From positions 5,728,001 through 5,792,000 of the forward strand of contig CAWAIF010000003.1 in assembly GCA_963782055.1 (NCBI GenBank): 64,000 nt of DNA. The letters run 5' to 3'. Positions 32,198 to 41,121 of this stretch are shown here, one piece after another. Each line of letters begins with the position of its first letter. Within the stretch, counting starts at the first letter, position 1. The notes under the pieces are model-generated. The model had not been told where the DNA came from and did no database searches. It worked only from the letters and a program-made list of their open reading frames with translations. Source of the stretch: an uncultured delta proteobacterium (lineage in GTDB: Bacteria > Myxococcota_A > Polyangia > Polyangiales > Polyangiaceae). A program made the position numbers and the translations under genes.

Positions 32198-32467
32198 CCC
32201 GAGCCGTTCCTGGTATGGTCCGGCCGGGGAGGCTGGTCGTGTCCACGAGGTGGGCGACCTGCCGTTTGCGGGTGGGCGGCGACGCAACGCCGCGCAGAGG
32301 AGCCCGTAGTTCGAGCGGAATTGCGTTGCTTGGCCGAAATCGTGCGTGATATAGTCCGGCCCGCTTTTGCTGTACGCCTGATTCCCCAATTTTTCTGAGT
32401 AGTTAGGGTCTACCGCGACGCCGGCTCTGCTGGTAGCGTCGCCAGTCGGATCGGAGAAGGGGTAGCG

Positions 32468-33484
32468 ATGAAGCAAGCTCTCAGGTGGCTTCTTGTTGCA
32501 GCGGCTCTTGCGCTGCCTACGGCGGCCTTCGCGCAGAAGAAGCCCGCCGACAAGGCGCCACAAGCAGGTACAGCGGCAGGGGCCGCCACCGACTCGAGCG
32601 GTGCGGTAGACCTCGATGCCGACCAGGCGGGGTCGGCTTCGGCCGCGCCTACCGCTTCGGCCGCACCCACCGACACCGGCGCGGCCGGCACGCCGGGGGA
32701 GGGCGGTGGTGGAGGCGGCATCTGCGACATCGACCCCTCCGCCTGCCCGAAGACGGCGAACCTGGGCGAGGAGGCGAAGAAGACCGTCCACCAGGACATC
32801 TACGCGGTGGAGCAGATCTACGTGCTCCGTTACCACCGCGTGGAGCTGACCCCGTACTGGGGCTTCAGCCTCAACGACCAGTTCGTCAGCCACCCGGGCC
32901 CGGGCCTCAACGCCAACTTCTTCATCACCAACGTCCTGGCGGTGGGCCTGAACGGCAACTTCTACTCCGGCCTGAACCAGGACTCCGATTTCAACTTCCA
33001 GCACCGTCGCGCCGCGCGCGTGGCAGTGCCGCTGAACGAGTACGCCTGGAGCGCGGCGCTGAACTTCACGTACGTGCCGGTCTACGGCAAGTTCGCCGGG
33101 TTCGGCAGCTTCATCTTCAGCTACGACCTGTACGCGACGGCCGGCGTCGGGGCGATCTCCACGCGCCCCATCCCGGTCATCGACCCTGACAACCGCAAGT
33201 TCGACTACGACGTGAAGATCGCCTTCAACCTGGGCGTCGGCTTCCGCGTCTTCCTCACACGGTGGCTGGCGGCGACGCTCGAGATTCGCGACTACATCTA
33301 CCCGGAGAAGCTGGAGGCGCTGACGATCGCCAACGGGCCGATCGGGAAACCGGATGACGCGAACTCGCCCTCCAACCCGAACACCTGGCTGCAGGACAGC
33401 AGCAACATCACGAACAACGTCCAGGCCAACGTGGGGGTCAGCATCTTCCTCCCCTTCAGCTTCGAATACAGGCTGCAGAAATGA
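32468..33484 (+). CDS. Outer-membrane beta-barrel protein, GltA/GltB-like, 338 aa
   Basis: Signal peptide (AAFA-Q), AVEQIYVLRYHRVELTP...SLNDQF, PVYGKFA...YDLYATAGVG, alternating aromatic strands and a terminal GVSIFLP strand. Assignment to gltA versus gltB is not resolved. Confidence 0.78.
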   Translation: MKQALRWLLVAAALALPTAAFAQKKPADKAPQAGTAAGAATDSSGAVDLDADQAGSASAAPTASAAPTDTGAAGTPGEGGGGGGICDIDPSACPKTANLGEEAKKTVHQDIYAVEQIYVLRYHRVELTPYWGFSLNDQFVSHPGPGLNANFFITNVLAVGLNGNFYSGLNQDSDFNFQHRRAARVAVPLNEYAWSAALNFTYVPVYGKFAGFGSFIFSYDLYATAGVGAISTRPIPVIDPDNRKFDYDVKIAFNLGVGFRVFLTRWLAATLEIRDYIYPEKLEALTIANGPIGKPDDANSPSNPNTWLQDSSNITNNVQANVGVSIFLPFSFEYRLQK

Positions 33485-34446
33485 AAACGAGGACTGGGGC
33501 GATGCGCGGATTCGTGACGGCACTCACGGCGGTTCTCGGCGGGCTCGCGCTGTTGCCAGCGCTCGAGCACAAGGCCGAGGCCCAGGAAATTGTTCTGACC
33601 GGCCCGCTCAAGGGCGCTCCGCCGGTCATCCACCTGCGGCAGTACCGCAAGAGCCGGTTCGAGATCGCGCCGATGGTCTCGTTCACGCTGCTGGACGAGT
33701 ACCGCCGCAACATCATCATGGGCGGGCGGCTGCAGTACTACTTCACCGACTGGCTCGGCGTGGGCCTCTGGGGAGGCGGCGCGGTCAGCACGACGACCGA
33801 CCTCACCGACCAGACCGACGAGATCGCGCCGCGTGACGCCTTCACCGCCACCAACGTGGCGCCCAACAAGGCGAGCCAGAACAAGAGCCCCAACTTCACC
33901 GATCAGACCGCCAGCATGGCGTGGATGATCGCCCCGCAGGTGACGGCCATCCCGTTCCGCGGCAAGCTCGCCCTCTTCCAGAAGCTGTTCGTCGACACCG
34001 AGGCCTACTTCTTCGCCGGCGTGGCCTTCGCGGGCCTCAACGAGCGCGCGGACTGCGGCAACGGCAACGGCGAGCCCGTCTGCAGCGACGTCAAGAGCTT
34101 CACCCTCACCAGCCGCCTGGCGGTCGCCCCGACGTTCGGTCTGGGCCTGAGCTTCTTCCTCGCCGACTTCATCAACCTCGGCGTGGAGTGGCGCGCCATG
34201 CCCTTCTCGTGGAACCGCGGCGGGTTCGACTCGCGCGGGAGCGGGCCGAACAACAACTTCCCCGACGGGAAGATCAACGGCGACGACCAGACCTTCAAGT
34301 TCAACCAGATGATCGGCATCTCGGTCGGCTTCATGCTGGGCAAGCGCACGACGAGCACCTACACGCCCGGTCAGACGAAGGGCGAGGGCGGCGGCAAGTC
34401 GGACAAGTCCGAGAAGTCGGACAAGTCGGACAAGTCGAGCAAGTAG
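33481..34446 (+). CDS. Outer-membrane beta-barrel protein, GltA/GltB-like, ~321 aa
   Basis: Signal peptide (AEA-Q), RKSRFEIAPMVSFTLLDEY and PFRGKLALF. Paralogous to the upstream gene, with a Lys-Ser-Asp repeat tail. Confidence 0.75.
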   Translation: MKTRTGAMRGFVTALTAVLGGLALLPALEHKAEAQEIVLTGPLKGAPPVIHLRQYRKSRFEIAPMVSFTLLDEYRRNIIMGGRLQYYFTDWLGVGLWGGGAVSTTTDLTDQTDEIAPRDAFTATNVAPNKASQNKSPNFTDQTASMAWMIAPQVTAIPFRGKLALFQKLFVDTEAYFFAGVAFAGLNERADCGNGNGEPVCSDVKSFTLTSRLAVAPTFGLGLSFFLADFINLGVEWRAMPFSWNRGGFDSRGSGPNNNFPDGKINGDDQTFKFNQMIGISVGFMLGKRTTSTYTPGQTKGEGGGKSDKSEKSDKSDKSSK

Positions 34447-34510
34447 ACACGCAGCGGAGGGCCGCGCGTGGGGAGGGGCGGCGCGGCGCGTGCCGTCCTT
34501 CCCGGGCGGG

Positions 34511-35344
34511 TCAGCGCTTGCGGATGTGGCCTTCGCCGTCGATGTTGTACTCGCTCGGCAGGGACTTGCGCATCTCGGCGCGCTGATCTTCGGGGACGAT
34601 CCAGCCGCGGGTGAGGAAGGCCTCGCAGATGCGGTTGCGGATGCGCAGCGACTCCTCGTCGACGAACATCTCGCTCAGCGGGCCGATGGCGGCGTCGTCG
34701 TCCTGCGCGAGCATGGCGCCCACCGCGTGGAAGCGGGAGGGCTCGTTGACGTCCCAGCGGAAGTCCTTCACCGCCTCGAGGATGCTCGGATCCTTGTGCT
34801 GCTCCAGCTCCGCCAAGAGCTGCACCTTGGGCTCGACGAACTTGGCGTACTCCGTGTCCCACTTGGAGAGCCAGCGGAGCAGCTCGGCGACGATCTCTTC
34901 CTCGTCCAGGTTGGCCTTGATCAGCTTGATGGGCCACCCCAGCGACTCCGCCTTGGCCGTGTAGGGGCGCAGCGGCTCGACGATCTTCTTGCCCAGGCCG
35001 AGCAGGCCCTCGAAGACGAGGGACTTCTCCTCGGAGTCGGTGATGGAGGGGTCCATCACCCAGTTGAAGCGCTTGAGCAGGGCGGCCGCGGCGTCGACGC
35101 GGGTGAGCTCGTGCTCCTCCAGCCGGGCCTGGCCCTTCTCCGTCTGGGCGAGGTCCGCTGCGTCCTCGAGGGGCTGGCAGAGATCGCAGAGGGCGGCGAT
35201 GGCCTCCTGGCGGTCGTAGTTCTGGGCGCGCTTGTCGGCGGCCTTGTCAGCCCAGCGGGCAACTTCCCTGCGCACTTGCGGGGGCTTCTTTCCCAGCTTG
35301 TCGGTGCGGTTGTCGGTGCGCTTGAAGAAGTCGAAGAGACCCAT
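34511..35344 (-). CDS. HEAT-repeat / helical protein, 277 aa
   Basis: MGLFDFFK amphipathic start and HEAT-like segments (DVNEPSRFHAVGAML, EESLRIRNRICEAF). Confidence 0.7.
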   Translation of the reverse strand: MGLFDFFKRTDNRTDKLGKKPPQVRREVARWADKAADKRAQNYDRQEAIAALCDLCQPLEDAADLAQTEKGQARLEEHELTRVDAAAALLKRFNWVMDPSITDSEEKSLVFEGLLGLGKKIVEPLRPYTAKAESLGWPIKLIKANLDEEEIVAELLRWLSKWDTEYAKFVEPKVQLLAELEQHKDPSILEAVKDFRWDVNEPSRFHAVGAMLAQDDDAAIGPLSEMFVDEESLRIRNRICEAFLTRGWIVPEDQRAEMRKSLPSEYNIDGEGHIRKR

Positions 35345-35470
35345 GGGGGCGCTTTCTTAGCACGAGACGCTGCCACCCTCATCTCCAACCGGCCTCTCTT
35401 CCTCGCTTGGAAAGCCGACGGAAGAGGGCACACCGCCCCGCGCCTCTACTTTTCGGGGGCGCGGGCGCGG

Positions 35471-36931
35471 TCAGCCGACCGGGACGGCGACCAGGATGAC
35501 CTCGCGGCCGCGGGTCTGGACCTGGTAGCGCACGGGCTTGCCGTGCTTCTGCATGGCGTCGGACTCCATCGACTGGAGGCGTCCCTGGAACGCCTGCGGG
35601 GTGATGTGGTCGGTCTGCTCGCCGAGGGACTTCTTGGCGGCGATGTACTCCTGGTAGATGCGACCGTAGTACTGGTCCGCCGGCTCGGCGGCGAGGGCCT
35701 GGACGGCCGCCGGGTCGAGGGCCGCGGCGGGGCCGCCCTGATCGTCGACTGCGACCGCACTCGCCATGGCCGCGGCCGAGGGCGCGCGGGAGACGCGGCC
35801 CTCGTCGTCGGTGGTGTCCTCCTCGACGCCCAGGAGCTGGTTGAGGAGCTGGTCGATGCGGAAGGCGAGGCCGCCCAGCTCGGCGTGCTCCAGCTGGAAG
35901 CGCTTGTCCTGCTGGCCGTTGATGATGGCCAGCAGGCCCTCCTCCAGCGTGGCGATGGGGCCGGAGATGTAGTTGCCGAGGAGCCAGGCGCCGATGGCCA
36001 CCAGGATGATGCCGAGCGCCATCACGCCGAGGAGCGGGGTGGCGAGGGAGCCGGCGTCGGGGATCACCGTGCCGGGCGCGGAGGTCACGATGGCCTTGCC
36101 CTTGCCGTCCCCGAGGTCGAGGGGGGCGGCGCCGACCATCATGTCGGTCGCCGGGGCGGCGTCCACGTGGCCCTTGTCGATGACGGCGATGACGGTGTCG
36201 CGCGCGCCCTTGTCGGCCGCGGCCTTGGTCACCGCGTCGTCCAGCGCGGTGGTGCTCGCGCCGGAGCGGGCGAGGACCGAGACGGCCCCCTTCTCGCCGG
36301 AGGCGATGACCACCGGCCGGCCGGTGATGGTGTCGGCCACGCGGGAGAGCTCGTCGTTGATCTGGATGCCGACGACGATGGACCCGACGACCTGGCCCTT
36401 GTCGTTGCGCACGGGGGCGTAGGAGGCGAGAAACTGGTCGTTGCGGCTCTTGTTGATCCAGACGTCGGAGCCGGACTGCCCCTTGGAGACGGCGGCCTGG
36501 TAGGTCGGGTACGCCTTGCCGATGTCGTCGCCGCGCAAGAGCGGCGAGTTGTTGCGGCCGACGATCTTGCCGCTGGCGTCGACCAGCAGCACGATCGAGG
36601 GCACGTTGCCCTGGAAGTCGGGCGCGGACTTGGCCGCGGCGACGAGCGAGTCGCAGAGCGCGGTGGCGCTGTCGCCGGCGGCGGAGGGATCGGCCTTGTT
36701 GAGCGCATCCATCGCGGCGGGCTCGGCGGCCTTGACCGTCAGCCAGCGCTCCACCTTCAGCCCGTCGAGCTCGAGCTGCGCGGCGGCGCCCTCCGCGTTG
36801 TGCTTGGCCTCGTCGAGCAGGACCGTGGGGCTGGAGGCGGCGCTCATCAGCGACGTGCGCATCAGCACGAAGGACAGCAGCCCCACGATGGCGACGATGA
36901 TGGCGTTGACGGCAAGGATCTTGGTTCGCAT
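35471..36931 (-). CDS. Membrane protein with Cache-like periplasmic domain, HAMP and MXAN_5187-type C-terminal domain, 486 aa
   Basis: Start at ATG 36931 (MRTKILAVN). Two TMs, LLVDASGKIVGR (Cache-like), ISGPIATLEEG..ELGGLA (HAMP), and a C-terminus YQEYIAAKKSLGE...VRYQVQTRGREVILVAVP resembling the MXAN_5187 C-terminal domain (recall). Confidence 0.7.
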   Translation of the reverse strand: MRTKILAVNAIIVAIVGLLSFVLMRTSLMSAASSPTVLLDEAKHNAEGAAAQLELDGLKVERWLTVKAAEPAAMDALNKADPSAAGDSATALCDSLVAAAKSAPDFQGNVPSIVLLVDASGKIVGRNNSPLLRGDDIGKAYPTYQAAVSKGQSGSDVWINKSRNDQFLASYAPVRNDKGQVVGSIVVGIQINDELSRVADTITGRPVVIASGEKGAVSVLARSGASTTALDDAVTKAAADKGARDTVIAVIDKGHVDAAPATDMMVGAAPLDLGDGKGKAIVTSAPGTVIPDAGSLATPLLGVMALGIILVAIGAWLLGNYISGPIATLEEGLLAIINGQQDKRFQLEHAELGGLAFRIDQLLNQLLGVEEDTTDDEGRVSRAPSAAAMASAVAVDDQGGPAAALDPAAVQALAAEPADQYYGRIYQEYIAAKKSLGEQTDHITPQAFQGRLQSMESDAMQKHGKPVRYQVQTRGREVILVAVPVG

Positions 36932-37098
36932 TCGGCCTCGGGTGTGTGCCGGCTCGCAGGCCGGACCGCCTCCCCACGACGTCATGGGGTCCGCTAGCTC
37001 GAGCACGGCGCGTTGCCGCACCGTACAGCCACTCGAACGCTCGCAAACGCTATCATCCTGCGCCGAGCCGCGGCAACATGCGGCTGAACCCCGCCCAA

Positions 37099-38142
37099 AT
37101 GCCGAAAAAACCCGACGAACGCGCGCCCGGGGCCACCCCGGCGCTCCTGATGGACGACCCCCGCTTCGACCGGCACCGCCCGCGCGCGTACCACCCGGAG
37201 CGGCCGGAGCGCCTGGTGGCGGCGCGGGCCGCGGTGGAGAGGGCGCCCGTCCGGTGGGGAAAGGTGGAGCCGCGGGAGGCCGCCCCGGAGGACCTGGTTC
37301 GCGTGCATGATGCACGCTTCATCGACGAGCTGCTGGGGCTGCGCGGGCGGAGCCTGAACCTGGACCCCGACACCTACGTCAGCGAGGCGTCGGTGGAGGT
37401 GGCGCTGCTGGCGGCGGGCGGCGTCGTCGCGCTCGTCGACGCCCTGCTGGAGGGCGAGACGTCGCTCGGGGTGGCCCTGCCCCGCCCTCCGGGCCACCAC
37501 GCGCGGCCGTCGCAGGCGATGGGCTTCTGCCTGCTCAACAACGTGGCGATCGCCGCGGCGCACGCGCGGGCGAGGGGGGTCGCGCGGGTGGCCGTGGTGG
37601 ACTTCGACGTCCACCACGGCAACGGCACGCAGGAGATCTTCGCGACCGACGCCTCGGTGCTCTACCTCTCCACGCACCAGTTCCCCTTCTACCCGGGCAC
37701 CGGCGCGCTGGAAGAGGCGGGACTTGGCGAGGGCAAGGGCTTCACGGTGAACGTGCCGCTCACGGCGGGGGGCGGCGACGCGGTCTACCGCGCGGCGTTC
37801 GACAGGGTGGTGGCGCCCGTGCTGGAGGCGTACGCGCCGGACCTCTTGCTGGTGAGCGCCGGCTTCGACGCGGCGGCGCGCGATCCCCTCGCCGAGATGA
37901 ACGTGTCGGCGCAGGGCTTCGGCTACATGGCGAGCGTGCTGGCGCGGCAGGCGCGGGCGTCGGCGAAGGGGCGCATGGCGCTGGTGCTGGAGGGCGGCTA
38001 CGACCTGGGAGCGCTGGAGGCCGGGCTGCTGGCGGCCATCCGCGGGGCGGCGGGGGAGAGCTTCGGCGGGGTGGAGAGCGATCCGGACGAGCCGGATGTG
38101 GTGCGGGCGGCGATGCAGGCCGGCAGGGCCTGGAAGATCTGA
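37099..38142 (+). CDS. Zn-dependent histone deacetylase / acetylpolyamine amidohydrolase family protein, ~347 aa
   Basis: HPERPERL, RPPGHHA, GFCLLNNVA, DFDVHHGNGTQ, FYPGTG, SAGFD, LEGGY. Confidence 0.95.
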   Translation: MPKKPDERAPGATPALLMDDPRFDRHRPRAYHPERPERLVAARAAVERAPVRWGKVEPREAAPEDLVRVHDARFIDELLGLRGRSLNLDPDTYVSEASVEVALLAAGGVVALVDALLEGETSLGVALPRPPGHHARPSQAMGFCLLNNVAIAAAHARARGVARVAVVDFDVHHGNGTQEIFATDASVLYLSTHQFPFYPGTGALEEAGLGEGKGFTVNVPLTAGGGDAVYRAAFDRVVAPVLEAYAPDLLLVSAGFDAAARDPLAEMNVSAQGFGYMASVLARQARASAKGRMALVLEGGYDLGALEAGLLAAIRGAAGESFGGVESDPDEPDVVRAAMQAGRAWKI

Positions 38143-38234
38143 GGTCCCGCGTGGGAGGGTGAGGTCAGCCGGGGCGGGCCGGTCGCGTCAGTTGGCAAGG
38201 GCGCGGGAGGAGGCTATATGTCCCCCCGCTGTTT

Positions 38235-38312
38235 GGTGGCCGTAGCTCAGTTTGGTAGAGCACTGGATTGTGGCTCCGGTTGTCGCGGGTTCGAGCCCCG
38301 TCGGTCACCCCA
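38235..38312 (+). tRNA. tRNA-His (GTG)
   Basis: G-1 plus acceptor stem GTGGCCG/CGGTCAC, C discriminator and encoded CCA. D-arm GCTC..GAGC, anticodon arm CTGGA-TTGTGGC-TCCGG, T-loop GTTCGAG. Confidence 0.97.
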
Positions 38313-38391
38313 GATTTTCTTGCAGAGGCAGCCGATCGCCGTGTCCGGACATGGTGACCGACTGCCGCCCGGCGACTAGAGTTTCGGCGCC

Positions 38392-39960
38392 TTGAGCGAT
38401 CGAAGACAGTGGCTGCTGGTGTCCGTGGCGCTCTTCGCGCTGGCGGCGTGGCCCATCCTGCTCGTGCCGGTGCCACCGCTCCAGGACCTGCCCAACCACC
38501 TGGCGTCCGCCTTCGCGGTGGCGCACCCGGCGCAGTACCCGGAGTACGTCTCCAACGGGCTGTTCAAGACGAACGCCGCGGCCTACGCGTGGCTGCGTGT
38601 CTTGGGGGGGCCGCTCGGCCTCCGCCTCGCCGGCAAGACCTTCGTCCTGTTCGTGGTCGCCGTGGGCGCCTTCGTCTACCCACACGCCATCTGGCGCCTC
38701 GGGGGCGCGAAGCGGCTTCGCTCGGCCGCGCTGCTCGCCTGGCCGATGGCGCACAACTGGTTCGTGTGCATGGGCATGCTCGACTACGCCCTCGGCGTGG
38801 CGCTCGGGATCGAGTGCCTGGTGCAGCTCGCCGCGCTGGCGGAGCGCCCCCGCGCGGCTCCCGCCCTCTTCGCGACCTTGCTGGCGATAGCTGTGTGGTA
38901 CACACATGTCTTCGCGCTGGCTGTCGTCGGTCTGCTCGTCGTCGTGCACGTGGCGCGGCAGGGACGGCCGACCGAGATCCTCCCGAAGAAGGCCGCCGCG
39001 CTGCGTCTGCTCCCGCCGCTCGTCCCCGCCGTCGCGATCTCCGCGTGGTCGGTGCTCACGCAGCTGCGCGGCGAGACGCACGTGGGCGAGCGCACCTTCG
39101 TCTTCGTCTCGCCGTGGGACATCCTCTACAACGCATGGGCCGAGTGGCTCTGGGCGTTCACCAAGCTGGAGATCGCGACCCTGCTGGTGGCCATCGTCCT
39201 CGCGGTCTTCCTCTTGCGCTACGTGCGCGAGACGCCGACGTTCTTCTCGCCGCTCGCCGTCGGCGTGCTGGTTGCCTGCTACGTCTTCACGCCCTACGAC
39301 GCGGCCAACTGGTTTCACGTCAGCTCGCGCTTCCTTCCCTTCGTCTGGATGGCCGCGCTGCTGCGCGTGCCGGAGAAGGTGCCCCGGTGGCTCGCGGGCC
39401 TGCTCGGGGCGGCGGCGGTCAGCTACTCCGTCGGCATGGGCGTCGACTACGCGCGCCTCTCGCGCGACTGGGCGCGCTTCACCAGCGCCGAGGCGGCCGT
39501 GCCCCGCGACGCCAAGCTCCTGCCGCTCGTCTTCTCCCAGAAGGGCCGCTACGGCGACAACACCTGGCCGATGCTCCACGCCTGGGGCTTCTACGTGATC
39601 GACCGCGGCACGAGCGCCCCGCTCCTCTTCGCGCACTCACCGTCCTTCGCGGTCTCCTACCGCAAACAACCTCCCCTCCGCTTCCACCAGCTCTATCTCG
39701 AGGTGCTGCCGCAGGGGCTGCGCGACCCGAAGCACTTCTGCCGGGCCGTGCGCGGCGAGGGTGTCATCCCCGACGACTGCGCCGCCGAGTATCGCGCCGC
39801 CTGGCAGGAGTTCTGGGACGACGCGACCCCGCGCTTCGATCACGTACTGATGTTCGAGCCGCCCGAGGCGGTGCGCGAGGCGCTGCCGACCGGCTACCAC
39901 GTCGTCTTCGACCGCGACGGGGTCGTGGTGCTCGAACGCCTTCCGCCGCGCGCTCAGTAG
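38392..39960 (+). CDS. Polytopic membrane protein, possible GT-C-fold glycosyltransferase-like, 522 aa
   Basis: About 10 hydrophobic segments, PPLQDLPNHLA in the first extracytoplasmic loop, and a soluble C-terminal domain. Confidence 0.6.
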   Translation: MSDRRQWLLVSVALFALAAWPILLVPVPPLQDLPNHLASAFAVAHPAQYPEYVSNGLFKTNAAAYAWLRVLGGPLGLRLAGKTFVLFVVAVGAFVYPHAIWRLGGAKRLRSAALLAWPMAHNWFVCMGMLDYALGVALGIECLVQLAALAERPRAAPALFATLLAIAVWYTHVFALAVVGLLVVVHVARQGRPTEILPKKAAALRLLPPLVPAVAISAWSVLTQLRGETHVGERTFVFVSPWDILYNAWAEWLWAFTKLEIATLLVAIVLAVFLLRYVRETPTFFSPLAVGVLVACYVFTPYDAANWFHVSSRFLPFVWMAALLRVPEKVPRWLAGLLGAAAVSYSVGMGVDYARLSRDWARFTSAEAAVPRDAKLLPLVFSQKGRYGDNTWPMLHAWGFYVIDRGTSAPLLFAHSPSFAVSYRKQPPLRFHQLYLEVLPQGLRDPKHFCRAVRGEGVIPDDCAAEYRAAWQEFWDDATPRFDHVLMFEPPEAVREALPTGYHVVFDRDGVVVLERLPPRAQ

Positions 39961-40970
39961 GTCGTGCCCGCGCCGAAGTCCCCGTCGATGGTGCTCGCCA
40001 CCTTCGCCACCTCCGCCGGCGCCGCGACGATCAGCCCGAGCTCGCGGTTCTGGTCCAGCGAGTTCGCCGTGAAGTTGGCGGAGCCGACGTACGCCTGCGC
40101 GCCGTCGACGACCATCGCCTTGGCGTGGACGTAGGGCGTCGCCAGCTTGACCACCGCGATCCCCGCCTGCTCGAGCTGCGAGACCGACTGCGACTGGGCG
40201 CTGGAGGGGGTCTGGTCGGACAGGATGACGCGGACGGCGACGCCGCGCCCCTGCGCGGCGATCAGCGCGGCGACGAAGGCGTCGTCGCTCATCGTCTCGC
40301 CCTCCACGTCCAGGGTGGACGTCGCCGCCTCGACCAGCCCGACCAGCTTGTCGCGCGAGTTGTTCGGCGAGACCACCAGATCGCCGTCGAGCGAGGGCTG
40401 CACGTGGTCGAAGTCCGCCTGGAAGATGGCCTCCGCCTCGGCGACGTCGGTCGTGTCGGTGTCCACCGCCAGGTACTCGCGGTTCTGCGAGGGGGAGGTG
40501 AAGGTCATGTTCATCGTCGTGATCCACGCCGTCACGCCGTCGATGATCGCGCACTTCTCGTGCGTGAAGTTGTAGGCGACGCCCGCCCACACGACAGGCA
40601 CGCCCGCGGCGGAGAGCTGCTGGAAGGTCTGCGCGTTGTCGAAGCCCGGGGAGGGGAAGGTCTGGTTGAGGACGACCTTCACGTCGACGCCCGCCTGGTG
40701 GCGCGCGATGAGCGCGTCGATGAAGCTCGACGACGACAGGTAGTACATCGTCAGGTGGACCGAGCTCTTCGCGTTGTTGATGGCGTCGAGCAGGGCCTTG
40801 GCGTCGTCGCTCGGCTCGACGATCACCTGGACGTCGGTGGTGCCGGAGACGCCCGCGTCGAAGGTCGCGGCGTCCCCCGCGTCCCGCTGCGGACCGACGA
40901 GCCTGTCGGCGCTGCACGCGCAGAGCACGCACGTCAACGTCAAGCCAAGCACGCGGGAGCCCACGCTCAC
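39954..40970 (-). CDS. Phospholipase D superfamily lipoprotein with two HKD motifs, ~338 aa; start inferred
   Basis: THEKCAIIDG and VHAKAMVVDG...GSANFT...NRELG. Lipobox-like LCAC follows GTG 40970. Confidence 0.88.
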   Translation of the reverse strand: MSVGSRVLGLTLTCVLCACSADRLVGPQRDAGDAATFDAGVSGTTDVQVIVEPSDDAKALLDAINNAKSSVHLTMYYLSSSSFIDALIARHQAGVDVKVVLNQTFPSPGFDNAQTFQQLSAAGVPVVWAGVAYNFTHEKCAIIDGVTAWITTMNMTFTSPSQNREYLAVDTDTTDVAEAEAIFQADFDHVQPSLDGDLVVSPNNSRDKLVGLVEAATSTLDVEGETMSDDAFVAALIAAQGRGVAVRVILSDQTPSSAQSQSVSQLEQAGIAVVKLATPYVHAKAMVVDGAQAYVGSANFTANSLDQNRELGLIVAAPAEVAKVASTIDGDFGAGTTY

Positions 40971-41121
40971 GAGTCTTCGGGCGGACCGCTCCGGGCGCAA
41001 GCGAATTCGAATCGGAGCCGAAGGCTCGGCCGAAGAACACGCCCGACCGACGCCGGAGGTGGTAGACCGGCCCCCGATGGACGACGCGCCGGCCCCGTCG
41101 CAGCGGACTCCGAAGCCAGCC

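Noticed and set aside
34395..34443. 9-nt AAGTCGGAC-like tandem repeats
   Set aside because: They encode the low-complexity KSD tail of the barrel protein, in frame and imperfect; not a separate element.
38235..38400. tRNA-His as the attachment site of an integrated element
   Set aside because: No integrase and no duplicated tRNA 3' end noticed in the window.
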